Below are positions 42,876 through 52,207 of a DNA stretch of 64,000 nucleotides, one piece after another. The stretch is taken from positions 327,925 to 391,924 of the forward strand of contig CAVTOC010000005.1 in assembly GCA_963736335.1 (NCBI GenBank). The letters are read 5' to 3'. A program made the translations under genes and the position numbers. Each line of letters begins with the position of its first letter. The first letter of the stretch is position 1. The stretch comes from an uncultured Actinomycetes bacterium (GTDB taxonomy: Bacteria; Actinomycetota; UBA4738; HRBIN12). The notes under the pieces were generated by a model. The model had not been told where the DNA came from. It ran no database searches and saw only the letters and a program-made list of their open reading frames with translations.

Positions 42876-44103
42876 GCGGCAGCACTCCAGATACTGACAT
42901 AACGAAGAGAACGCAGGCGACCCCGGCCAGGTCCATGACGCTCGTGATGATCGGCACGGTCTGATTGTCGGGATCCAGACCGAAGCGATACGTCACGATC
43001 GCGAGGTAGTAGCTCAACACGATCGTGATGGGCGTGGCGATGAGGCCGGCCACGAGCGTGGAGACGGCGACGCGCGCGGATGAGGCCGGCGCCTGACCGG
43101 TGAGCGCCGCCAGCCCGACCGCGATCGCGCCGATCAGCGAGAACACCACCACGCCGAGCACGAACACGATGGTGCCGTCGACGAGCGCGGGGCCTTCGGG
43201 GAGCCCGCGGGGCGTGATGACACCGATCTGCAGCTTCGATGAGGTTCGGGACGAGAAGATCCCTCCCAAGGCGCCCGCCTGCGAAACGAACGGCGGGATC
43301 AAGATCAGCAAGACGGGGACCGCCGTCAGCTCCGTGAGCCGGTGCTCCTGCAACACGCCGGACAAGATGTCGAGGATCGGCGTGAGCAGGATCACCGCGG
43401 TCATCTCGAGGATCACGCGACGCACGATCGAGTCGTTCACGGTATACGCGCGGGCGATGGCGTAGAGGGCGAGCGCGAGGCAGATGGCGGACACGATCGC
43501 GTTGATCGTCTGGTCGTGGACCAGGAACGTCGCGAGGTACAGGGTGGGGAGCGTGACCATGTCGCCGAGCGCGGTGACCATGGGCGTTGACACCGAATCC
43601 AGGTCCCACCCTCGTCGGTGCGACAGGATCGAGAGGCCCACCGTGACCAACAGGATGAAGACCGAGCCGAGCGCGCCGCCGACCACCGAGATGGTGATCA
43701 GGCTCCAGATCGAGATGGACGGCTGTCCGAACGCGGAGGCCGCGACCTTCGCCATCACCGCGAGCCAGAGCGCGGAGCCGAACGTCGTCACGACCGCCAC
43801 GTAGACGTTCTGGTACAGCACACCTTCCTTGCCGAAGCTCACCTCGAACGTCCCCGCCGCGTTCGTGGTGCCCAGGCGGGCGCCTATCGCACCGAAGATC
43901 GTGCCGCGCATGCCCACGGCCGCGGGGATCAAGATGATGAGGCCCGGCAACGACTTGAGGGTGTCGCCGATCCCCGAAAGCGTCAGGCCGGCGATGAACC
44001 CAGCGACGGTGCTGAGGACGAGCGCGACCAACCCCTGCCGGAGCGTTCGACGCTCGGCTCGCAGGGAGCGGAACATGCGCGTGGCACGACGCGGGATGGC
44101 CAT
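42868..44103 (-). CDS. MgtE-like divalent-cation transporter, duplicated TM domain (SLC41-type), no N/CBS domains
   Basis: 411 aa, about 10 TM. Two copies of the MgtE TM-domain pattern (LPGLIILIPAAVGMRGTIFGAIGARLGT... and LILIPPFVSQAGALGGIFSSRTSS...). The cytosolic MgtE N and CBS domains are absent. Confidence 0.75.
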   Translation of the reverse strand: MAIPRRATRMFRSLRAERRTLRQGLVALVLSTVAGFIAGLTLSGIGDTLKSLPGLIILIPAAVGMRGTIFGAIGARLGTTNAAGTFEVSFGKEGVLYQNVYVAVVTTFGSALWLAVMAKVAASAFGQPSISIWSLITISVVGGALGSVFILLVTVGLSILSHRRGWDLDSVSTPMVTALGDMVTLPTLYLATFLVHDQTINAIVSAICLALALYAIARAYTVNDSIVRRVILEMTAVILLTPILDILSGVLQEHRLTELTAVPVLLILIPPFVSQAGALGGIFSSRTSSKLQIGVITPRGLPEGPALVDGTIVFVLGVVVFSLIGAIAVGLAALTGQAPASSARVAVSTLVAGLIATPITIVLSYYLAIVTYRFGLDPDNQTVPIITSVMDLAGVACVLFVMSVSGVLPHG

Positions 44104-44217
44104 AACGGCACGCTCATGGGGCTCGTCCTCATCGATCCTCGGCGGGATCTGGTCGCGGTGTGGGACCCGGAAGGTACCGAGGCAGTATGCCCTGCAGGGA
44201 GGACCCGGACAACCTCG

Positions 44218-45135
44218 TCAGGCGACCCAGTCGCGGGTCACGAACAGCCAGAACGCGAGACCCGCGTGGTCGCCGTACCGTGCGAAGCGACGCCGGATCT
44301 GTGCATCGCTCACGCTCTTCTTCCCGATCACCCGCGCGTACTTCGGCCGCGTCCACGAATCGAGGATCAATCGGGAGTTCCTGCCGATCGTCATCATGAT
44401 GTGCGCGGCCGCGTACGGCCCCACACCCGGGAGCGCCAACAAACGTTGTTCGAGCTCCTCGTCGGGGAGCTCGTCGGGGGTGGCCGACGCCAGCTCCTCG
44501 AGGTCGAGCTCGCCGTCGGCCACTGATCGGGCGAGCGAACGCAGATACGCCCCGCGGTAGCCCGCACGAGCGACGTCGCGGTAGAAGGTCTCGGGCGTGT
44601 CGGCCATCCGCTGTGGTGTGGGGAACGCGTTCGAGAGCGGCTCGCGGTCGCCGATCGCCGGATCCCCGAGGTGCGCCACCAGCGCGTCCACCATCCGCAC
44701 CGTCGCGCTCCAGGTGCAGTTCGTGGTGCAGACGGTCTTCACCACGTCCTCGAAGACCGATGGCCCTTGCAGCATCCGGCCGGCGCCCGTCGCGGCCCAC
44801 GCGAGGTCGTGATCGTGTGCAGCCTTCGCGTAGAAGGCCGATAGGTCGTCGTCGAGCCGGAGCACGTGGCGGACGCCCTCCGCGACGTCCTCCTGCACGC
44901 GAACGCCTGCCGCGGGCCCGAGGATCTCGATCAGCGCATGCCGCGGACGCCCCTCGCGGATGCGCACACGCCGGGGTTTGCCCCGTCGGATACGCAACGT
45001 GATCTCGAGCGTCCGCGCTTCCTCGTCGAGCCGAGTGGGGGAGAGCTCCGCGAACCCATGGGAGTTCATCGTCCGCCACAGGTCGACGGGCTCTCCGCCG
45101 GGGCCGGCGAGCGGCAGCTGCAGCTCAGTCGTCAT
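44218..45135 (-). CDS. DNA-3-methyladenine glycosylase II family (AlkA-like, HhH-GPD)
   Basis: The start MTTELQL at 45135 makes an ATGA overlap with the upstream gene. HhH motif LLALPGVGPYAAAHIMM. 305 aa. The 602-aa track ORF is a shadow extension. Confidence 0.8.
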   Translation of the reverse strand: MTTELQLPLAGPGGEPVDLWRTMNSHGFAELSPTRLDEEARTLEITLRIRRGKPRRVRIREGRPRHALIEILGPAAGVRVQEDVAEGVRHVLRLDDDLSAFYAKAAHDHDLAWAATGAGRMLQGPSVFEDVVKTVCTTNCTWSATVRMVDALVAHLGDPAIGDREPLSNAFPTPQRMADTPETFYRDVARAGYRGAYLRSLARSVADGELDLEELASATPDELPDEELEQRLLALPGVGPYAAAHIMMTIGRNSRLILDSWTRPKYARVIGKKSVSDAQIRRRFARYGDHAGLAFWLFVTRDWVA

Positions 45136-45728
45136 GCCGTCGGCGCGTGGCGCTCGCGGAACGCGCGCACCTTGTTCCGGTTGCCGCACGTCTGCATCGA
45201 GCACCACTTGGCGGAATGGTTCTTGGATCGGTCGTAGAAGACCGTGGTGCAGGTCGGATCGGCGCAGAGCCGGAAGCGATGCCAGGATCCGTCGAGCTCG
45301 GCCATGAACGCGATACCGAGCAGACGGCCGATCGCCCCGCGGACGCCGTCGACCGTCGGGATCAGGCGGGGCTCGTCGAACTGCGGTCGCAGGCCGGTCT
45401 CGGCCGCGGCGGCGTTCAGGCGCCGGTCGGTGTCGACCCCGGGCGCGGCTCCCATGTTCTGACGGACCTTGTCGACGAGTGCGTCGCGGATCGCCACGGT
45501 CCACGCGACGTCCGCATCGGAGATGACCACATCCTCCCCGATGAGCTCGGTGCTGCGGAGCCACCACGCGATCGCGGATCGACCCGGCTCCAGCGTCGTC
45601 CCGTCGTTCGCGGCGTGATCGTGCAGGGACAGGAACCTGCGAACGAGCTCGAGCTCGCCAGGGGCAGGTGACGAGTCCTCCCGGCCCGCGTACACGGACT
45701 GCGGAACCCGGTCGTCCATGTCGCTCAT
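45132..45728 (-). CDS. CGNR zinc-finger (ABATE-domain) putative stress-responsive regulator
   Basis: C-terminal CADPTCTTVFYDRSKNHSAKWCSMQTCGNRNKVRAFRERH is the CGNR zinc-finger signature. Confidence 0.85.
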   Translation of the reverse strand: MSDMDDRVPQSVYAGREDSSPAPGELELVRRFLSLHDHAANDGTTLEPGRSAIAWWLRSTELIGEDVVISDADVAWTVAIRDALVDKVRQNMGAAPGVDTDRRLNAAAAETGLRPQFDEPRLIPTVDGVRGAIGRLLGIAFMAELDGSWHRFRLCADPTCTTVFYDRSKNHSAKWCSMQTCGNRNKVRAFRERHAPTA

Positions 45729-45801
45729 CGTAGTCCCTGAAACTTCCGAGTTCCACTTGACCGGTTACGACGAGATCGACCCTCATCCGTAGACTCGGAC
45801 G

Positions 45802-46056
45802 GTGATCGACGTCACGGAGCGAGCGGCGGAACTGCTCGCCAAGGCCGACGGCGCCGCGCGACGGTTCAACCCCGATGCGCGCATCCGGGTCGTGCCCGAC
45901 GGTGTCGACGTTCGATTCGTCCTCTCCGAGGGCCCCGAGGACGGTGACACCGTCGTCGAACGCCACGGCGTCACGTTCTTCGTCGACGCCTCGCTCGACG
46001 GCGTCGTCGACGTCGAGGAGCCGCACGACCGCCTGGTGCTGCGACCGAACGGCTGA
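45802..46056 (+). CDS. small HesB/IscA-like fold protein lacking the Cys ligands (hypothetical)
   Basis: 84 aa: IDVTERAAELLAKA...RIRVVPDG...RFVLSEGPEDGDTVVERHGVTFFVD resembles the HesB/IscA beta-sandwich pattern, but no CGCG motif is present. Confidence 0.45.
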   Translation: MIDVTERAAELLAKADGAARRFNPDARIRVVPDGVDVRFVLSEGPEDGDTVVERHGVTFFVDASLDGVVDVEEPHDRLVLRPNG

Positions 46057-46111
46057 TCTTCGGCGCCCGCCGCTCCCCGGGCCGGCGATGGGCGACGACT
46101 AGACTGGCCGC

Positions 46112-46987
46112 GTGGGACGCAGGACGAAGGGCGCGCTGTCGTCCGTGGCCGGCCTCGGCACCGCCGGGCCCGTGATGGTGATCGGCGGCGCGGAGGACAA
46201 GTTCCGCGACAAGGCCATCCTGTCGCGGTTCGTGAAGTTCGCGGGCGGCCAGGACGGCCACGTCGTCGTCATCTCCACCGCGTCCTCGCTCGGCGATCAG
46301 GCGACGGAGATGTATCGGGAGCTCTTCCTGGGGCTGGGCATCGGCACGGTCACCGGATTGCGCCCCGAGGAACGGGAAGAGGCGGACGATCCGTCGTCCG
46401 CCGCCAGCCTACAGGGCGCCACCGGCGTGTACCTGACCGGTGGGAACCAATCGCGACTGGCATCGGTGGTGGCCGGCACGCGGCTGGGCGACGCGCTCTT
46501 CCTGGCGCACGATCGCGGCGCCGTGTTGGCCGGCACGTCGGCGGGGGCGAGCGCCATGGCCTCGCACATGGTGGCGTTCGGCAGGTCGGGCTCGACCCCG
46601 AAGAACCGCATGGCGCAGCTCTCCGCCGGACTCGGCATCCTCCAAGGACTGGTGATCGACCAGCACTTCGAGCAACGCGGACGCATCGGCCGGCTGTTGG
46701 CGATCGTCGCGGGATCGCCGTCGCTCCTGGGTGTCGGCCTCGACGAGGACACGTGCGCGATCATCCACGCCGACCAGTCGATCCAGGTCATCGGTCGCGG
46801 CGCGGTGACCATCGTGGACGGGTCCCACGTGAAGACGGACGCCTACCGAGGGAAGGGGTATCGCCCGCTCATGATCTCGGGAGCGATCCTGCACTCGCTC
46901 CCGTCCGGGTACTGGTTCGATCTGCGGACGCGGAAACTGCTGGCTGCCGAGCACGCGCTGGCGGCGGAGCGGGAGGCCTCGGAGTGA
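46112..46987 (+). CDS. cphB: cyanophycinase (peptidase S51)
   Basis: VMVIGGAEDK...VVVISTAS...VYLTGGNQSRL...AGTSAGASAM (nucleophile Ser in GTSAG)...IDQHF.QRGR.GRL. Confidence 0.9.
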   Translation: MGRRTKGALSSVAGLGTAGPVMVIGGAEDKFRDKAILSRFVKFAGGQDGHVVVISTASSLGDQATEMYRELFLGLGIGTVTGLRPEEREEADDPSSAASLQGATGVYLTGGNQSRLASVVAGTRLGDALFLAHDRGAVLAGTSAGASAMASHMVAFGRSGSTPKNRMAQLSAGLGILQGLVIDQHFEQRGRIGRLLAIVAGSPSLLGVGLDEDTCAIIHADQSIQVIGRGAVTIVDGSHVKTDAYRGKGYRPLMISGAILHSLPSGYWFDLRTRKLLAAEHALAAEREASE

Positions 46988-49830
46988 CGGCGGGCGGCGC
47001 CAAGACCCGAACCGACCGACAACGCGCAAAGCGTGAGCCCGCATCGCAGAAGAAGGGTCGTCCGAAACCCGACCTCACCATCCTCCAGACCCAGGTGTTC
47101 CGCGGTCCCAACTACTGGTCGTACGAACCCTGCATCCGGATGCTCGTGGACCTCGGCTCGCTCGAGGATTGGCCCTCCAACACGATCCCGGGATTCAACG
47201 AGCATCTCCTGGAGCTCCTTCCGGGCGTCGGGGAGCACTCGTGCTCGCTCGGCAAGCGCGGCGGGTTCCGGGAGCGCCTCGCCGACGGCACGTGGCTCGG
47301 TCACGTGGCCGAACACGTCGCGCTGGAGCTCCAGCGGGAATCCGGCGCGCACATCTCTCGCGGCAAGACCAGGAGCGCGGGAGCCAGTGGGCAGTACAAC
47401 GTGATCTACGGCTACGCCGAGGAGTACGTGGGCAGGGAGGCCGGGCGCCTGGCGGTCCGGACGGTCAACAACCTGGTGAAGTCCGAGCCGGAGTTCGACT
47501 TCGCCGCGGAATTGGAACGGTTGATCCTGCTGGCGGAACGGCGACAGTTCGGGCCGTCGACCCAGGCCATCCTCGACGAGGCCGCGAGCCGCGATATCCC
47601 GTTCATCCGTCTCAACGAGCAGTCGCTCGTGCAGCTCGGGCAGGGGAAGTACCAGCAGCGGATCCGGGCCACGATGACCTCACGGACGAGCGCGCTCGCC
47701 GTGGACATCGCGAGCGACAAGAAGATGACGAACCAGTTGCTCGGGTCCGCCGGTCTTCCGGTGCCGAAGAGCGAGGTCGTACGGAACGAGGACGATGCCG
47801 TCGCGGCGGCCGGGCGGATCGGGTTCCCGGTCGTCACGAAGCCGCTCGACGGCAACCACGGTCGCGGCGTCGGGCTGGACATCCGCACGGACCGCGCCGT
47901 TCGCGCGGGGTTCAAACGAGCGGTGAAGGAGTCGCGCAACGGCAGGGTGGTGGTGGAGAGCTTCGTCACGGGCAGCGATTACCGGGTGCTCGTGATCGGC
48001 GGGCGGATGGTCGCCATCGCGCAACGTGTGCCGGCGCACGTGATCGGCGACGGGAAGCACACGGTCGCGGAGCTCGTGGAGATCACGAACCAGGATCCCC
48101 GGCGCGGGATCGGTCACGAGAAGGTCCTCACGCGCATCAAGGTCGACGAGACCGCCGAGCAGCTCGTCAAGAAGCAGGGGTTCGGCATCGATGACGTTCC
48201 GGCGAAGGGCGACATGGTGAAGCTCGCGGACACGGGCAACATGTCGACGGGTGGGATCTCCATCGATCGGACGTGGGACGCCCACGAGGACAACGTGGAG
48301 ATCGCCGAGGAGGCGGCTCGCGTCGTCGGGCTGGACGTCGCCGGGATCGACTTCCTCGCGCCGGACATCGCGCAGCCCGTTCGCGAGACGGGGGGCGCGA
48401 TCGTCGAGGTGAACGCCGCTCCCGGCTTCCGCATGCACACGCATCCGACGGAAGGCGAGCCACAGTACGTGGCGAAGCACGTCGTGGATCTGCTCTTCCC
48501 GCCGGGGACCCCTGCGCGGATCCCGATCGTCGCGGTCACGGGCTCCAACGGGAAGACGACGACGACGCGGATGATCGCGCACATCTTCCGCGGTATGGGT
48601 CGGCAGGTCGGTGTCACCTCGACCGACGGCATCTACATCGACGAGCGCTTGGTGAAACGCGTCGACGCGTCGGGTCCGAAGTCCGCGCTGATGGTCTTGC
48701 AGAACCCGCGTGTCGACATGGCGATCTTCGAGATCGCGCGTGGTGGGATCCTGCGCGAGGGCCTGGGCTACGAACGCAACGACGTCGGCGTCGTGCTGAA
48801 CGTCACGGGAGACCACCTGGGTCTCAAGGAGATCGACACGCTGGAGCAGTTGGCGGCCGTGAAGCAGGTCGTCGTGGAAGCTGTGCCGCGGAACGGCTTC
48901 GCCGTGTTGAACGCCGACGACCCGCTCGTTCTGGAGATGCGTCGGCATTGCGCCGGCAACGTGATCCTGTTCACCATGGCCGAGAAGCACGACCTCGTCG
49001 AACGGTGGGTTCGGCGCGGACGCAAGGCGGTCGTGCTCGAGCGGAGCGCCCGCGGCGAGATGATGGTGATCAAGGAAGGCCGCCGCACAATGCCCATCGC
49101 CTGGATCCACACGCTGCCATCGACCTTCGAAGGCAAGGCGCGCATGATGGTGCAGAACGCCATGGCGGCTGCCGCGGGGGCGCACGCCGCGGGCGCGCAC
49201 CTGCACGACATCCGCCAGGGGCTCCGGTCGTTCACGACATCCGTGTACCAGGCGCCCGGTCGCCTGAACCTGTTCGACCTCGACGGGGTGCGGGTGATCG
49301 TCGACTACGCGCACAACGCCGCGGGGCTCGAAGCGGTCGGCGACTTCGTGGAACGCATGACGTCCGACGTCCAGGGCGGGGAGCTTCCCGGGGCAGCATC
49401 GTGGACCGCGAACATCCGCGTCGCCGTCGTGGCAACGGCGGGGGACCGCCGCGACGAGGACATGCTTGAGCTCGGGCGTGTCGCGGCCCGCTACTTCGAC
49501 GAGGTCATCATCCGCGAGGACCGCAACCCGCGAGGGCGGCCGCCCGGGCAGACGGCCGAGCTGATCCTTCAGGGTGTGCGCGGCGCGCAGGCGGCGGGCG
49601 GGGCTCGCGCCGGCCACGTCGAGATCGTGCTCGATGAGATGGCCGCCTCCAGGCTCGCGCTCGACCGTTCTCGGCCCGGCGACCTCGTCGTGCTCTGCGT
49701 CGACTACGCGACGGAGGTCTTCAAGGAGATCGAGTCCCGTCGAGGATCGGCGTCGCCCGAGGTGTTGCTGGCGTCCGAGGATGGATTCGTCGAGGCCGCC
49801 GGAGGCGACCCGGACCTGCTCGGCGTCTGA
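46984..49830 (+). CDS. cphA: cyanophycin synthetase (N domain + ATP-grasp G domain + Mur-ligase M domain)
   Basis: GTG 46984 (GTGA overlap with the cphB stop). N domain: ILQTQVFRGPNYWS. ATP-grasp: FPVVTKPLDGNHGRGV...IVEVNAAPGFRMH. M domain: VTGSNGKTTTTRM...NVTGDHLG...DYAHNAAG. The part of the track ORF upstream of 46984 is overlap with cphB. Confidence 0.95.
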   Translation: MTAGGAKTRTDRQRAKREPASQKKGRPKPDLTILQTQVFRGPNYWSYEPCIRMLVDLGSLEDWPSNTIPGFNEHLLELLPGVGEHSCSLGKRGGFRERLADGTWLGHVAEHVALELQRESGAHISRGKTRSAGASGQYNVIYGYAEEYVGREAGRLAVRTVNNLVKSEPEFDFAAELERLILLAERRQFGPSTQAILDEAASRDIPFIRLNEQSLVQLGQGKYQQRIRATMTSRTSALAVDIASDKKMTNQLLGSAGLPVPKSEVVRNEDDAVAAAGRIGFPVVTKPLDGNHGRGVGLDIRTDRAVRAGFKRAVKESRNGRVVVESFVTGSDYRVLVIGGRMVAIAQRVPAHVIGDGKHTVAELVEITNQDPRRGIGHEKVLTRIKVDETAEQLVKKQGFGIDDVPAKGDMVKLADTGNMSTGGISIDRTWDAHEDNVEIAEEAARVVGLDVAGIDFLAPDIAQPVRETGGAIVEVNAAPGFRMHTHPTEGEPQYVAKHVVDLLFPPGTPARIPIVAVTGSNGKTTTTRMIAHIFRGMGRQVGVTSTDGIYIDERLVKRVDASGPKSALMVLQNPRVDMAIFEIARGGILREGLGYERNDVGVVLNVTGDHLGLKEIDTLEQLAAVKQVVVEAVPRNGFAVLNADDPLVLEMRRHCAGNVILFTMAEKHDLVERWVRRGRKAVVLERSARGEMMVIKEGRRTMPIAWIHTLPSTFEGKARMMVQNAMAAAAGAHAAGAHLHDIRQGLRSFTTSVYQAPGRLNLFDLDGVRVIVDYAHNAAGLEAVGDFVERMTSDVQGGELPGAASWTANIRVAVVATAGDRRDEDMLELGRVAARYFDEVIIREDRNPRGRPPGQTAELILQGVRGAQAAGGARAGHVEIVLDEMAASRLALDRSRPGDLVVLCVDYATEVFKEIESRRGSASPEVLLASEDGFVEAAGGDPDLLGV

Positions 49831-50180
49831 TGCCGCCGGCCCCCGACGAGGTCGTCCGGTCGCTCGAGCGGCGCAGGAGCGAGCTGCGGCACGAGTTGGC
49901 CACGCTCACCGCGGTGCCTCGAGATCCGATGGTGGCCGTGTCGTTCGGCAAGCGCATCGGGGACGGCACCACCGAGGCGGTCGAGCGTCTCAACACGGTC
50001 GGCGCGGCCAACTCGATCGCGGCCACGCTCGCAGATGTCGAACGCGCCCTCGAGAAGCTCGAGGACGGAACCTACGGGGTCTGCGACGGTTGCGGCGAGC
50101 GGATCGGCGACGAGCGTCTGGAGGCGATCCCCTGGGCCACGCTCTGCATCGCATGTGCCCGCGCGCGCCGTTCGGGGTAG
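49830..50180 (+). CDS. TraR/DksA-family C4 zinc-finger protein
   Basis: 116 aa: coiled-coil N-terminus then CDGCGERIGDERLEAIPWATLCIACA (CxxC-x17-CxxC). The ATG overlaps the cphA TGA by 1 nt. Confidence 0.85.
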   Translation: MPPAPDEVVRSLERRRSELRHELATLTAVPRDPMVAVSFGKRIGDGTTEAVERLNTVGAANSIAATLADVERALEKLEDGTYGVCDGCGERIGDERLEAIPWATLCIACARARRSG

Positions 50181-50187
50181 CGCGCCT

Positions 50188-52122
50188 TCAACCCGGAGCG
50201 GGGAGATCGGCATCGGCGGCCGCCCGTGCGCGTTCGGCCCGGATGACGTGCATCGTCGCGTTGATCAACGCCAGATGCGTGAACGCCTGCGGGAAGTTGC
50301 CGAGATGCCGGCCTGTCCGAGCATCGATCTCCTCCGCGAACAGTCCGAGCGGACTCGCGAGTGACAGCAGCTTCTCGAGGAGCGCCCGCGCCTCGTCCAG
50401 CTCGTCGATCTCGACCAGCGCCGATACGAGCCAGAAGGAACAGATCGCGAACGTCCCTTCTTCGCCGGTGAGTCCGTCGTCGGTCTCGTCCACGCGGTAG
50501 CGAAGGACCAAACCGTTGACCGTCAGCTCTTCGGCGATCGCGAGGACGGTCGCGCGCATCCGCGGGTCGTCCGGCGGCAGGAAGCCCAGCAGGACGCCGA
50601 GGAGCACCGAGGCGTCGAGCGCCGACGACCCGTAGGACTCCGTGAACACCCCTCGCTCGTCGAGGCCGTGCTCCAGCACGTCCGACTTGATCTCGTCGGC
50701 GACGCCGCGCCAGCGTTCGACCAGGTCGGCGTTGCCCATCGTCTCCGCGAGGAGTGCGCCCCGGTCCAGCGCCACCCAGCACATGATCTTGGACGACGTG
50801 AAATGCCGTGGCTCTCCGCGGTTCTCCCAGATGCCGCGGTCGGGCTCGCGCCAGCGATCGATCGCGCACTCGACCTGCCGTTCGAGGTTGTCCCAGGTGA
50901 CGCCGGACAGGAACTCGCCCGAGCGTGTGTGCAGGTGCACGGCGTGCAGGAGCCCGCCCCAGATGTCGTGCTGTTCCTGGTCGTGTGCGTCGTTGCCGAT
51001 CCGGACGGGCCGGGAGTCCTCGTATCCGGCGAGATGGTCGAGCGTGGACTCCTTCAGGTCGACGCCGTCGTCGACCGCGTAGAGGACCTTGAGCGGCGAG
51101 CTATCGCCGATCTGGTCCGCGATGAAGTAGAAGAAGCTGTTCGCCTCGTAGTCGAACCCGAGCGTGTAGAGCGCCCAGAGCGCGAACGTGGTGTCGCGCA
51201 CCCAGCTGTAGCGGTAGTCCCAGTTCCGTTCGCCGCCCGGTGACTCGGGGAGCGACGTGGTGGCGGCCGCGAGCAGCGCACCGGTCGGCGCGTACGTGAG
51301 CCCCTTCAGCGTCAGCGCGCTCCGCTGGAGCATGCCGCGCCACGGGTGATCGGGGAACACGCCTTGGTTCAGCCATCCCCGCCAGAAGCTCGCGGTGCAG
51401 CGCATCCGGGCGGCGGCATCCTCGTACGTGAGGGGCGGCTCGTCGTCGCTCCACGACAGCGCCACGAAGTCGCGGTCCCCTTCCTCCATCTGGTGGGCTG
51501 CGAGCGCGGAGCGTCCCTCCAGGCCCAGTCGCATGCTGGTCGTCAGGCGGAGGACGGGATCCGCCTCGCCGCCGCGAGCCACCGCCTCGCCGTAGCCCGC
51601 GCTCGAGTACTCCCATGCCGCGTCGTTCCGGCCGTAGTCGAACACCGGCTCGCAGCTCATCTGCACGTCGACCCGGCCGTTGACGCATCGGAGCTCGCGC
51701 ACCAGCACGTGCTCCGAGACGTTGTCGGGCGGAGGTCGGCGGTACGTCCGGATGCGGCGATCGTCGCTCCAAGGGCCCACGATCAACGCGTCGCGCACCA
51801 CCAGCCAACCGGTGCTCGTGTGCCACGTGGTCTCGAGGATGTTGGTCCCGGGGATGTAGCGGCGCCCCGCGGGGGCGAAGAGCTCGGCGGGGCCGAGCCG
51901 GAACGTCCCGGCGCTCCGATCGAGGATGGCGCCGAACACGCTCGGGGCGTCCGGCCTGGGAACGGAGAGCCATTCGACGTTCCCGCTCGGCGCGATGAGC
52001 GCGGTCACCTCCAGGTCGGCGATGAACGCGTACTCGGCGATCGGAGGGAACGTGTTCGGACCGCCGGGGGGCGCGGTCGCCCCCGGCGTCGCCGCCAACG
52101 GGGTCGTGGGGAAGGTGTCCAC
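50188..52122 (-). CDS. glycoside hydrolase family 15 (trehalase/glucoamylase-like)
   Basis: 644 aa: IAEYAFIADLEVTALIAPSGNVEWLSVPRPDAPSVFGAIL...TSLPESPGGERNWDYRYSWVRD...FAEEID are GH15 signatures. Actinobacterial members of this type act as trehalases. Confidence 0.85.
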   Translation of the reverse strand: MDTFPTTPLAATPGATAPPGGPNTFPPIAEYAFIADLEVTALIAPSGNVEWLSVPRPDAPSVFGAILDRSAGTFRLGPAELFAPAGRRYIPGTNILETTWHTSTGWLVVRDALIVGPWSDDRRIRTYRRPPPDNVSEHVLVRELRCVNGRVDVQMSCEPVFDYGRNDAAWEYSSAGYGEAVARGGEADPVLRLTTSMRLGLEGRSALAAHQMEEGDRDFVALSWSDDEPPLTYEDAAARMRCTASFWRGWLNQGVFPDHPWRGMLQRSALTLKGLTYAPTGALLAAATTSLPESPGGERNWDYRYSWVRDTTFALWALYTLGFDYEANSFFYFIADQIGDSSPLKVLYAVDDGVDLKESTLDHLAGYEDSRPVRIGNDAHDQEQHDIWGGLLHAVHLHTRSGEFLSGVTWDNLERQVECAIDRWREPDRGIWENRGEPRHFTSSKIMCWVALDRGALLAETMGNADLVERWRGVADEIKSDVLEHGLDERGVFTESYGSSALDASVLLGVLLGFLPPDDPRMRATVLAIAEELTVNGLVLRYRVDETDDGLTGEEGTFAICSFWLVSALVEIDELDEARALLEKLLSLASPLGLFAEEIDARTGRHLGNFPQAFTHLALINATMHVIRAERARAAADADLPAPG

Positions 52123-52207
52123 GTGGCGAGTCTACCGACGGCGCCGACGCTAGCATCCGAACCATGGCGTCTCTGCATCCGTTCCCCGTTCGTTCGGCCG
52201 TCGCTCG

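Noticed and set aside
44104-44217. Possible Mg2+ (M-box) riboswitch upstream of the MgtE-like transporter
   Set aside because: The spacer is only 114 nt, shorter than an M-box, and I see none of its conserved segments. Only a short CCCTGCAGGG palindrome is present.
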